From: Eledone cirrhosa
Lineage: Eukaryota
Reading direction: 5' to 3'
Length of the DNA stretch: 64,000 nt
Assembly: GCA_964016885.1 (NCBI GenBank)
Contig: OZ024740.1
Coordinates: forward strand, 440,386,001 to 440,450,000
In this document: piece after piece, positions 15,001 through 25,428 of the stretch
Numbering within the stretch: the stretch's first letter is position 1
Layout of the letters: the number at the start of each line of letters is the position of its first letter
Position numbers and translations under genes: made by a program
Notes under the pieces: generated by a model
Databases searched by the model: none
The model's input: only the letters and a program-made list of their open reading frames with translations
What the model was told of the DNA's origin: nothing

Positions 15001-18000
15001 AATGTGTGACATGAATGTAGAATGTGTGATATGGATGTAGATTGTAGCGATATGCATGTAGAATGTGTGATATGGATGTAGAGTGTGTAATATGGATGTA
15101 GAATGTGTCATATGGATGTAGAATTTGTGATGTGGATGTAGAGTATGTGATATGGATGTAGAGTGTCTGATATGGATGCAGAGCGTGTGTATGGATGTAG
15201 TGCGATATGGATGTAGAGTGTGTGATATGGATATAGAATGTGTGATATGGATGTAGAATGTGTAATATTGATGTAGAGTGTGTGATATGGATGTAGAGTT
15301 TGTGATATGGATGTAAAATGTGTGATATGGATGTAGAGTGTGTGATATGGATGTAGAGTGGGTGATATGGATGTAGAGTGTAGTGATATGGATGTACAGT
15401 GTTTGATATGGATGTAGAGTGTGTGATATGGATGTGGAATGTGTGATATGGATGTAGAATGTGTGATATGGATGTAGAACGTGTGATATGGATGTAGAAT
15501 GTAGTTATATGGATGTAGCATGTGTGATTTGGATTTAGAGTTTGTGATATGGATGTAGAGTATAGTGATATGGATGTAGAACGTGTGATATTGATGTAGT
15601 GTTTGTGATATGGAGGTAGAATGTGTAATGTGGTTGTCGAATGAGTGATATGGATGTAGAGTGTGTGATATGGATGTAGAGTGTAGCGATATGCATGTAG
15701 AATGTGTGATATGGATGTAGAATGTGTGATATGGATGTAGAGCCTGTGACATGAATGTGGAGTGTGTAATAAGAATGTAGAATGTGTCATATGGATGAAG
15801 AGTGTGTGATATAGATGTAGAATGTGTGATATGGATGTAGAGTTTGTGATATGGATATAGAGTATAGTGATATGGATGTAGAACGTGTGATATTGATGTA
15901 GTGTTTGTGATATGGATGTAGAGTGTGTGATATGGATGTAGAGTGTGTGATATGGATGTAGAATATGTGATATGGATGTAGATTGTGTGATATGGATGTA
16001 GAGTGTGTGATATGAAGGTAACCTGTGTGTGATATGGAAGTAGTATGTATGATATGGATGTAGAGTGTGTGATATGAAGGTAACCTGTGTGTGATATGGA
16101 AGTAGTATGTATGATATGGATATAGAGTGTGTGATATGGATGTGGGATGTGTGATATGTATGTAGAATGTGTGATATGGATGTAGAGTGTCTGATATGGA
16201 TGTATAGTGTGTGATATGGATGTAGGGTGTGTGATATGCATATAGAGTGTGCGATATGGATGTAGAATGTTTGATATGGATGTAGAGAGTATGATATGGA
16301 TGTAGAGTGTGTGATATGGGTGTAGAATGTGTGATGTGGTTGTCGAATGAGTGATATGGATGTAGAGTGTAGTGATATGGATGTAGAACGAGTGATATGG
16401 ATGTAGAGTGTGTGACATGGATGTAGAACGAGTGATATGGATGTAGATTGTAGCGATATGCATGTAGAATGTGTGATATGGATGTAGAGTGCCTGATATG
16501 GATATAGAGTGGCTGATATGGATGTAGAGTGTGTGATATGGATGTAGAATGTGTGATATGGATGTAGAGCGTGTGACATGGACGTTGAGTGTGTAATATG
16601 GATGTAGAATGTGTCATATGGATATAGAGTGCCTGTTATGTATGTAGAATGTGTGATATGGATGTAGGCTGTGGGATATGGATGTAGGATGTGTGATATG
16701 GATGTAGAATGTGTGATATGGATATAGAGTGTGTGATATGGATGTAGAGTGAGCGATATGGATGTAGGCAGTGTGATATGTATGTACACTGATGAATGTG
16801 GATGTAGATTCTGTGATATGGATGTAGAATGTGTGATATAGATGTAGATTGTAGTGATATAGATGTAGAGTGTGTGATATGGATGTAGAATATGTGTGAT
16901 ATGGATGTAGAATGAGTGAGATGGATGTAGAATGTGTGATATGGATGTAGAATGTGTGATATGGATGTAGAATGTAGTGATATGGATGTTGAGTGTGTGA
17001 TATGGATGTAGAATTTGTGATATGGATATAGAGTGCCTGATATGGATATAGAGTGTGTGATATGGATGTAGAATGTGTGATATGGATGTAGAGCGTGTGA
17101 CATGGATGTAGAGTGTGTAATAAGGATGTAGAATGTGTCATATGGATATAGATGGTGTGATATGGAAGAAGAGTGTGCCATATGGATGTAGGCAGTGTGA
17201 TATGGATGTACAGTGAGTGATGTGGATGTAGAGTGTATTATATGGATGTAGAGTGTTTGATATGGACGTAGAGTGTGTGATATGGATGAAGAATGTGTGA
17301 TATGGATGTTGAATGTGTGATGTAGATGTACAGTGTGTGATATGGATGTAGAGTGTAGTTAGTGGATGTAGGATGTGTGATATGTATGTAGAGTGCGTGA
17401 TATGGATTTAGAGTGTGTGATATGGATGTAGAATGTGTGATGTGGTTGTCGAATGAGTGATATGGATGTATAGTGCCTGATATGGATGTAGAGTATGTGA
17501 TATGGATGTAGAGTGGGTGATAATGATGTAGAGTGCCTGATATGGATGTAGAGTGTGTGATATGGATGTAGAATGTGTGATATGGATGTAGAGTGTGTGA
17601 CATGGATGTAGAGTGTGTAATATGGATGTAGAATGTGTCATATGGATGTAGAATTTGTGGTATGTATGTAGAGTGTGTGATATGGATGTAGAGTGTCTGA
17701 TATGGATGCAGAGCGTGTGATATGGATGTAGCGTATGCGATATGAATGTGGTGCGTGATATGGATGTAGAGTGTGTGATATGGATGTAGAGTGTGCGATA
17801 TGGATGTAGAATGTGTGATATGGATGTAGCGTGTGCGATATCAATGTAGTGTGTGATATGGATGCAGAGTGTGTGATATGGATGTAGAGTGTGCGATATG
17901 GATGTAGAAAGTGTGATAAGGATGTAGAGTGTGTGATATGGATGTAGAATATGTGATATGGATGTAGAATGTGTGATATGGTTGTAGAGTTTGTGATATG

Positions 18001-19852
18001 GACGTAGAGTGTGTGATATAGATGTAGAATGTGTGATATGGATGTAGAGTTTGTGATATTGATGTAGAGTATAGTGATATGGATGTAGAATGTGTGATAT
18101 CGATGTAGAATTTGTGATATGGATGTAGAGTGTGTGATATGGATGTAGAGTGTGTGATATGGATGTAGAGTGTGTGATATGGATGTAGAGTGTGTGATAT
18201 GGATGTAGAATGTGTGATATGTACGTAGAGTGTGTGATATGAATGTAACATGTGTGTGATATGGATGTAGTATGTGTGATATGGATGTAGAGTGTGTGAC
18301 ATGGATGTAACCTGTGTGTGATATGGATGTAGAGTGTAGTGATATGGATGTAGAGTGTTTGATATGGATGTCGAGTGTGTGATATGGATGTGGAATGTCT
18401 GATATGGATGTAGAATGTGTGATATAGATGTAGAGTGTCTGATATGGATGTAGAATGTGTGATATGGATGTAGAGCGTGTGACATGGATGTAGAGTGTGT
18501 AATAAGGATGTAGAATGTGTCATATGGATGAAGAGTGTGTCATATGGATGTAGAATGTGTGATATGGATATAGAGTGTGTGATATGGAAGAAGAGTGTGC
18601 CATATGGATGTAGGCAGTGTGATATGGATGTACAGTGAGTGATGTGGATGTAGAGTATTTTATATGGATGTAGAGTGTGTGATATGGATGTAGAGTGTGT
18701 GATATGTATGTAGAATGCGTGATATGGACGTTGAGTGTGTGATATGGATGAAGAATGTGTGATATGGATGTTGAATGTGTGATGTAGATGTACAGTGTGT
18801 GATATGGATGTAGAGTGTAGTTAGTGGATGTAGGATGTGTGATATGTATGTAGAGTGTGTGATATGGATGTAGTGTGTGCGATATGGATGTAGAATGTGT
18901 GATATGGATGTAGCGTGTGCGATATCTATGTAGTGTGTGATATGGATGCAGAGTGTGTGATATGGATGTAGAGTGTGTGATATGGATGTAGAAAGTGTGA
19001 TAAGGATGTAGAGTGTGTGATATGGATGTAGAATATGTGATATGGATGTAGAATGTGTGATATGGTTGTAGAGTTTGTGATATGGACGTAGAGTGTGTGA
19101 TATAGATGTAGAATGTGTGATATGGATGTAGAGTTTGTGATATGGATGTAGAGTATAGTGATATGGATGTAGAATGTGTGATATCGATGTAGAATTTGTG
19201 ATATGGATGTAGAGTCTGGGATATGGATATAGAAAGTGTGATATGGATGTAGAATGTGTGATATTGATGTAGAGTGTGTGATATGGATGTAGAGTGTGTG
19301 ATATGGATGTAGAGTGTGTGATATGGATGTAGAATGTGTGATATGGATGTAGAGTGTGTGATATGTATGTAGAGTGTGTGATATGAATGTAACCTGTGTG
19401 TGATATGGATGTAGTATGTGTAATATGGATGTAGAGTGTGTGACATGGATGTAACCTGTGTGTGATATGGATGTAGTGTGTAGTGATATGGATGTAGAGT
19501 GTTTGATATGGATGTCGAGTGTGTGATATGGATGTGGAATGTCTGATATGGATGTAGAATGTGTGATATGGATGTAGAGTGTCTGATATGGATGTATAGT
19601 GTGTGATATGGATGTAGGGTGTGTGATATGCATATAGAGTGTGTGATATGGATATAGGGTGTGCGATATGGATGTAGACTGTGTCATATGTATGTAGAGT
19701 GTGTGATATGAATATAGGGTTTGTGATATGGATGTAGGATGTGTGATAGGGATGTAGAGTGTGTGATATGGATGTAGTGTGTGTGATAGGTACGTAGGGT
19801 GTGTGATATGGATGTAGAGTGTGTGATATGGATGTTGCCAGTGTGTGATATG
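1..19852. repeat. Satellite DNA array A, 20-bp monomer GATATGGATGTAGA(G/A)TGTGT, roughly 1000 copies, runs off the left edge of the window
   Basis: Continuous tandem 20-mers with recurrent length variants (e.g. ...GTGTAGT, ...TAACCTGTGTGT). The + strand is G/T-rich and almost devoid of C. The array ends at GGATGTTGCCAGTGTGTGATATG near 19850. Confidence 0.98.
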
Positions 19853-19965
19853 CAATATTGGTATTTCGCAAGAGACACCGACTACCAATCACTTGGATAA
19901 TACTTCAAACCAAAACAACATTTGGTTTTCTATCAGGAAACTACGAGGTTCGACTGAGAAGAAGC

Positions 19966-20242
19966 TGACCAAGATACTTTCATGGAATGACCAAATGAGG
20001 TTTATTTTTCAACAAATTCTGTAGAAAGAAATAATGCCATTATTAATAAGAAGAGTTGAAATTAAATCATGTAAGATTTAGCTGCTCTAGCATCAGTGTT
20101 TCATAGTCAGCCTATGACCAAGATACTGTCATGGAATGATCAAATGAGGCTTATAACAAAGAAGTTATTAATTAGAAGAGTTTAATAGTAACACATGCAC
20201 GATTTCACAGCATTAGCATCATTTCTTCATAGTCAACCTATG
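19966..20242. repeat. Diverged two-copy direct tandem duplication (units of ~149 and ~128 bp)
   Basis: TGACCAAGATACT(T/G)TCATGGAATGA(C/T)CAAATGAGG at 19966 and 20115. Each is followed by TATTAAT(A/T)AGAAGAGTT and ends TAGCATCA...TTCATAGTCA(G/A)CCTATG. Confidence 0.85.
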
Positions 20243-20374
20243 GACTTTTCAGCCGACACTATTTCCATCAACCTTACATAACAAAAATATCAAATTTAAT
20301 CAAATAAATAAATAAATCTAATACATTTTAAAAAATATATCACCTGATATTTTTTGTTGCATTGCATAATTTTA

Positions 20375-20459
20375 CATATATGTATGAATATATGTATATA
20401 AATATGCGTCTGTGTGCGTGTCTACATACAGACATGTATGTTCATACACACACACACAT

Positions 20460-20496
<37 letters not shown>
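20375..20496. repeat. Compound (TA)/(CA)n microsatellite flanking the Helitron 3' end
   Basis: (CA)n at ~20446-20476 followed by (TA)n up to 20496. Confidence 0.9.
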
Positions 20497-20816
20497 CTAG
20501 CAGTTTAGCCCGGCGTTGCTTGGGTTTGTTCATTTGCTATGAAAAGTTACATACAGGTAAACGTGGTTTGAAAGCGAATAAGCTTATCAATTAAGTGCAT
20601 AAAGCAGTTGAACCGGTTAAGAGTTACGAACCAATCAGCATTTTGGACAATCAATGATGCGTTAATAATCTTCCAATAGCGAATTTAGCAGACCAAAGTT
20701 GCAAGATGGTGGCCCTGATGCCGCTGGGTGTCAGATCTGTCCGCCATGGGTGACCCTACCAAGAAATAGTTTTCCAGACGGCATAGCTCCAACACCTCCA
20801 ACACCACCACCAACAT

Positions 20817-21086
20817 CTATAGCACCTCTTTGTAGACGATATTGCGTGTCATCCCTTGAGGAGTGTAAGCAAAAAATCCATTCCTGCTCCCTACGTGGGA
20901 ACAGGCAACATAAAGTTGGCCATGGGAGAAGCATGGCTCCCTCAAATAGATGCCCGCCACAGACAATTTTTGCCCTTGTGACTTGTTAGTGGACATGGCA
21001 AAACATGGTCTCACCGGGAATTGGGATCGCCGGAAATCGAATGGGATATCTGACGCTGAGGGGAAAAGGTTCATCCTTGGCAGTGT
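20817..21086 (-). pseudogene. C-terminal fragment of Helitron RepHel Pif1-family (SF1B) helicase
   Basis: The translation TLPRMNLFPSASDIPFDFRRSQFPVRPCFAMSTNKSQGQKLSVAGIYLREPCFSHGQLYVACSHV...TRNIVYKEVL* matches the Helitron Pif1 signature PR..L.PS..PF.F.R.QFPVR..FAMTINKSQGQ.L...G..L..P.FSHGQLYVA.SRV...T.N.VY.EVL. An in-frame stop lies ~20 codons upstream of the ATG, and no Rep domain or Walker A/B motif is present. Confidence 0.93.
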
Positions 21087-21308
21087 ATTCGGCAGAATTG
21101 CCCGAAGTACAACACTATGGGTGTTGTCATATTAATAGTTAACCAATTAAAGTCGTAAAAAATAAATAATTTAAACATTCCAATTCATATGTCTATAGCA
21201 TTAATCTGTTATATGAAGTGTTATTTTGCGGGTTGTTATTTGCAATAAGCGGATTTAAAATGCCCCAGAAAAGCCGTATATCAATACGGAACTCCAATGA
21301 CTCCCCCA

Positions 21309-21642
21309 GCAGTTAAATTATAGAGAGGAGAGGGGGAATAATCTATTATAGAGAGAGGGAAGAGCGACGGAGAGAGTAAAGCTAAGAAACTATAGGGAGG
21401 TGTGTAAAACAGTGTTGTCATATAGAGAGTGAAGTGCGACAGAGAGTAAAGCAGTTAAATTATAGAGAGGGGGAATGATCTATTATAGAGAGAGGGAAGA
21501 GTGACGGAGTGAGTAAAGCTATGAAACTTTAGGAAGGTGTGTTAAAACTCAAAGCATGAAGAGAGTAAAGCAGTTAAATTATAGAGAGGGGGAATAATCT
21601 ATTATAGAGAAAAAGAAGAGCGACGGAGAGAGTAAAGCTATG
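21309..21642. repeat. Three-copy purine-rich minisatellite inside the Helitron
   Basis: GCAGTTAAATTATAGAGAGGGGGAAT(A/G)ATCTATTATAGAGA...GAAGAG(C/T)GACGGAG(A/T)GAGTAAAGCTA starts at 21309, 21451 and 21570 (spacings of 142 and 119 bp). Confidence 0.9.
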
Positions 21643-21734
21643 TTTGTTGTATAAATTGATGTTGCTTAGTTTTCAAAGTTTATGTCGCGTTCCTGAACGA
21701 AGTTTTGTCGCTGTTGTAAACTGTAATGGTGATA

Positions 21735-21917
21735 GGGTAGTAGAGGGAGGCATTAACCTTTTAAAGAGGGTTGCAGAGGAGATTGCGAAGGGGAGTAGAG
21801 GGAGGGATGAACCTTTTAAAGAGAGTTGCAACATGTATGTAGTTTCATAGATTGTTGAGGGTAGTAGAGAGAGGTATTAAGCGTGTAAGAGAGAGGGTTA
21901 CAGCATGTATTTAGTTT
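21735..21917. repeat. Second, more diverged three-copy ~56-68 bp tandem repeat inside the Helitron
   Basis: GG(T)AGTAGAG(G/A)GAGG..T.AA....AAGAG(A/G)GTT(G/A)CA units at ~21735, ~21791 and ~21859. Confidence 0.7.
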
Positions 21918-22076
21918 TATCGATTTTTTCATAGAAGCAGGAACAGTTTGGCAAAGTTTATTACGCGATGATCATCGTTGGTAAATTTGGAGTACATTGG
22001 AAAACAAATCATCAAAATCTGTAGAGAAATGTGGAAATGTAAAAATATCATACACACACACAGACAGACATCTTCC

Positions 22077-22079
<3 letters not shown>

Positions 22080-22158
<79 letters not shown>
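22080..22158. repeat. Pure (TA)n microsatellite, ~39 units
   Basis: Uninterrupted TA run. Confidence 0.97.
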
Positions 22159-22161
<3 letters not shown>

Positions 22162-22209
22162 GGAGAGAGTAGAAAGATCGATAGATGCATACACACATTT
22201 ATACATATT

Positions 22210-22655
22210 TATGCAGAACTGATGAGAAATCTGCAGATACTCCACCCTGATTACACCTTCAGATTTATGCCTGTGATTATTGGGGCACTGGGATATGTTA
22301 GTAACTGCCTCAATACAAATCTTGAGAAGCTGGGCTTCACAGGAACAGAAAGAACACAACTAGTTAGGAAATTACAAGTACAATCCATTAATGGAACAGT
22401 AAAAATATGTAAAACATTCCAGAAATTTTGCATCTAATAACTGCATATACACATGTACAGATACAAAGCATATACACATGCACACATACAACTCAAAACA
22501 TCCACATCCACACATACAATAACATCCATATCTACACATTCAGACATACATACATATCTACCTAGTTGATGTTGTGTAAATTGCAATGAGAGAGTCTTGT
22601 GTCTATGTTAGAAACATTTGTGAAATCATAAAACCAGAACATACATACATACATT
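22210..22655 (+). mobile_element. 5'-truncated non-LTR retrotransposon of restriction-like-endonuclease type (R4/Dong-like): ORF C-terminus plus 3' UTR
   Basis: 22210-22437 translates YAELMRNLQILHPDYTFRFMPVIIGALGYVSNCLNTNLEKLGF...LVRKLQVQSINGTVKICKTF. This matches the end of the RLE domain of R4-clade elements (Y..L...L.......P(V/I)(V/I)IGALG.....L...L..LG......LQ....GT..I). A 3' UTR follows and ends in (ACAT)n at ~22638-22655. The clade assignment is from motif recall. Confidence 0.75.
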
Positions 22656-22784
22656 CATATATACAAACTTATGTGCGTATATAGTTATACACATGACGGG
22701 TCGTGGTCATGTATTTGTTGAGAGGGTGTATAGTAATGGGAGAAAGAGGTATATACAGTGAGAAAGACATATATATATTGCTGT

Positions 22785-22910
22785 TTGTGTATGTATGTTT
22801 GTACGTACGTATGTGTATGTATATATCTACGTGAGTGTGTATATATGTATGTAAGTGTGTATATGTGTATATGTGTGTGCATATATATATGTATATATAT
22901 GTGTATATGT
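22785..22910. repeat. Degenerate (TG/TA)n microsatellite
   Basis: Mixed TGTA/TATG/TG repeats. Confidence 0.85.
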
Positions 22911-23517
22911 CAGGTCACCAGCTGGTGCTACTGGTAACATGTATCCCAGTACAACCTGTCTCATGGTCGGGTCGTTGGCGACTAAACTGCCAACCCCACC
23001 AAGGTTTCTTGGTGAGGAGGGTGACTTTGGACATCCTGCAGGACTAAAAACAAAACCTGTCAAAGGGCAAAGGAGCTCTTAAAAGTCAATGGCCATCCAA
23101 AATCACCGGGAGAGATGACCCCTTAGCCACTGTCAAGGCAGAATTCTAGGAGAAGGAAAACTCTGATATAACACCTGCAACCCTGATGGTATCCAATGAT
23201 GTTGACTTGTTCTTCTTTTTGGTAAATATCATCTTGGTTAAGAGAGTGGGACTGGCTTTGTGCAGTGCCTTTGCTCACTATAAAAGCTTCACGGCACAGG
23301 CATTGCTTTATATCTCGAGATCCCTCTGCACTTGTCGTCACATGGTACCGTGGGCCTAGCACTATGTGTCAGTAATTGTCACAAGTGTAGTGTTTGTACC
23401 AGAGTTTTCAAGTCGCTGGCTGGACTAAAAAGTCACACTCGTTCAGCGCATCAGTAGGGGTTCTCCTACATGGATATAAAGTAGTGGCCGTACTCGAAAA
23501 CGAGTTGGCAGCCACCA
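22911..23517 (+). mobile_element. Interspersed-repeat fragment, possibly the 5' UTR of an RTE-clade LINE
   Basis: A higher-complexity, higher-GC block bounded on both sides by similar GTAAGTGTGTATAT-type microsatellite. It contains CTAGGAGAAGGAAAACTCTGA..AACC and GGTCGGGTCGTTGGCGACTAAACTG, which I recall from RTE 5' regions. No recognisable protein motif. Confidence 0.35.
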
Positions 23518-24081
23518 TATGTAAGTGTATATATGTGTATATGTAAGTGTGTATATATGTCTATATATGTGTATATATGCGTATATGTAAGTGTATATAT
23601 ATGTGTATATGTAAGTGTGTATATATGTGTATATATGTATATATATATGTGTATATATGTGTATATATGTGTATATATGTGTATATATATGTGTATATAT
23701 GTGTATATATGTGTGTATATATGTGTATATATGTATATATATGTATATATGTGTGTATATATGTGTATATATGTGTATATATATATGTGTATATATGTGT
23801 ATATATATGTGTATATATGTGGACATATATGTATATATATATGTGTATATATATGTGTATATATGTGTATATATGTATATATATATGTATATATGTGTAT
23901 ATGTGTTTATATATATATATGTGTATATATATGTGTATATAGGTGTATATATATGTATATATATATGTGTGTATATATTTTTATATATGTGTATCTATAT
24001 GTATATATATGTGTATATATGTGTATATATATATGTGTGTATATATGTGTATATATGTGTATATATATGTGTATATATTTG

Positions 24082-24112
<31 letters not shown>

Positions 24113-24215
24113 ATATATGTGTATATATGTGTGTATATATGTGTATATATGTGTATATATATGTATATATATGTGTATATATGTGTATATATATGTATAT
24201 ATATGTGTACATGTG
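23518..24215. repeat. Long compound microsatellite (GTGTATATAT / TA / TG), ~700 bp
   Basis: Near-pure alternating purine-pyrimidine A/T/G tract dominated by GTGTATATAT and GTGTATATATAT units. Confidence 0.95.
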
Positions 24216-24319
24216 TTTATTATGTAGATATTGAGCTACATAATGTCCAGGGTAACTATAGAGATAAAGAAAGTAACTCCACATTGAAAAAATATATATC
24301 AGAAATGTGTTATACACCT

Positions 24320-24763
24320 TTGTGTATGTGTTTGTGTATGTATGTGTGTGTGTGTCTGTGTGTCTGTGTGTGTGTCTGTGTGTGTCTGTGTGTATAATTA
24401 TGTGCGTGTGTGTATGTGTGTGTGTGTGTGTGTGTGTGTCTGTGGGTATATATGTGTGTGTGTCTGTGTGTGCCTGTGTGAGTGTGTGTGTGTGTTTGTG
24501 TGTGTTTGTGTGTGTGTGTGTGTGGGTATATGTGTGTGTCTGTATGTATGTGTGTTTCTGTGTGCCTGTGTATGCCTGTACCTATGTGTCTGTGTATACC
24601 TGTATGTGTATGTGTATGTGTGCGTGTGTGTGTGTGTGTGTATGTGTGTCTCTGTACGTATGTGTGCGTACATTCCTGTATGTATATATGTTTATGTATA
24701 TGTGCGTGTGTATATATGTATATGTGCGTGTGTGTATAAATGCAAGTATGTATATATGTATAT
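24320..24763. repeat. Degenerate (TG)n microsatellite, ~440 bp
   Basis: TG runs interrupted by TC, TA and CG dinucleotides. Confidence 0.95.
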
Positions 24764-25300
24764 AGGAAGGAGAAGGAGTTAGAAGTGATTTACTGAGTCA
24801 CAGATGGTCTTTGGCTTTTCGTGTCGTGCTATATAACAGAATCGAAATTATTCATATATTCCTATATATCATATATTCCAGATTTACAATTAACGTTTCC
24901 TCCCTTTTCCTCTCATTTCTTTCACATCTAAAAGAACGACCTACCTACAATCCTTCAATCCCATAAAACAAAACTCTGCTAGTTTTCTGTTTAGCTGTTT
25001 CAACAGTCTTTACTGAGTGTTGATCTAAGATCTAAGGATAGAAGTCGAAGTAGAATTACTAGAAGGAAGATACAGGGATTATATAAAACATATCTTATAT
25101 ACATGTGTTACCATGAGGCTTTAACTGTTGATTCAATCATGGATTAACCGTGGTAACATGGGGACTTAAATGTAGCGGAGACCATCTGTCTCTAGATAGG
25201 AACACAGGCGGTTTCTTCTAGAAAAAAGAATGAGAGGAAAGAAGCAGATGGAAATGTGAGCGAGAGATAGAGAGTAAGAAAGAGGTATAGATGAAGATCA

Positions 25301-25344
25301 ATAAATAAAGTACTATTCCAATATTGGAATAGTACTTTATTTAT
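25301..25344. repeat. Perfect 44-bp palindrome with no spacer
   Basis: ATAAATAAAGTACTATTCCAAT|ATTGGAATAGTACTTTATTTAT. The second half is the exact reverse complement of the first. Confidence 0.97.
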
Positions 25345-25385
25345 CGACCGCAAATGGAGGAAAGGTAAAGCTGACCTCGGCGAGA
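25332..25385 (-). mobile_element. Fragment of Deu/Nin-domain SINE central region
   Basis: GTACTTTATTTATCGACCGCAAATGGAGGAAAGGTAAAGCTGACCTCGGCGAG aligns with the central part of the SINEs at 26652 and 27591. Confidence 0.75.
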
Positions 25386-25428
25386 GATGGATTGAATAGA
25401 TGGAACCACGATGTTCTAATGGATGTAA

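Larger units (their letters stand above)
20497..22090 (-). mobile_element. Non-autonomous (internally deleted) Helitron rolling-circle transposon
   Basis: The minus strand ends CCCAAGCAACGCCGGG-CTAAACTG-CTAG|T: a GC-rich imperfect hairpin, 8 nt, then CTAG followed by T, which is the canonical Helitron 3' end (CTAG at 20497-20500). It contains a co-oriented Pif1 helicase C-terminal remnant. The far end CATCAAAATCTG...CACACAGACAGACATCTTCCGTTTATATA resembles the 5' region of Lep1-type Helitrons. The 5' TC dinucleotide is not visible because the end merges into (TA)n, so that boundary is approximate. Confidence 0.85.

Noticed and set aside
1-19852. Array A as a canonical telomere or G-quadruplex repeat
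   Set aside because: No TTAGGG-type unit and no GGG runs in the consensus.
525-19892. Dozens of long His/Thr/Ile/Ser-rich ORFs (up to 962 aa) as real genes
   Set aside because: They overlap in all three frames with the same peptide, follow from a G-free 20-bp monomer, and have no domain, signal peptide or unique ATG-initiated N-terminus.
20817-21074. Functional host PIF1 gene or exon
   Set aside because: Only terminal motifs are present, an upstream in-frame stop exists, substitutions fall in conserved positions (STNKSQG, SHV), and it lies inside Helitron termini.
23443-24782. Cys/Val/Tyr/Ile/Met-rich and His/Thr-rich ORFs
   Set aside because: They are translations of TG/TA microsatellites. 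The same applies to the ORFs at 22685-23082, 27187-27630 and 28257-28656.
25100-25162. Inverted repeat TGTTACCATG...CGTGGTAACA as a MITE or pre-miRNA
   Set aside because: The arms are only ~10 bp with a mismatch, there is no target-site duplication, and the interior pairs poorly.
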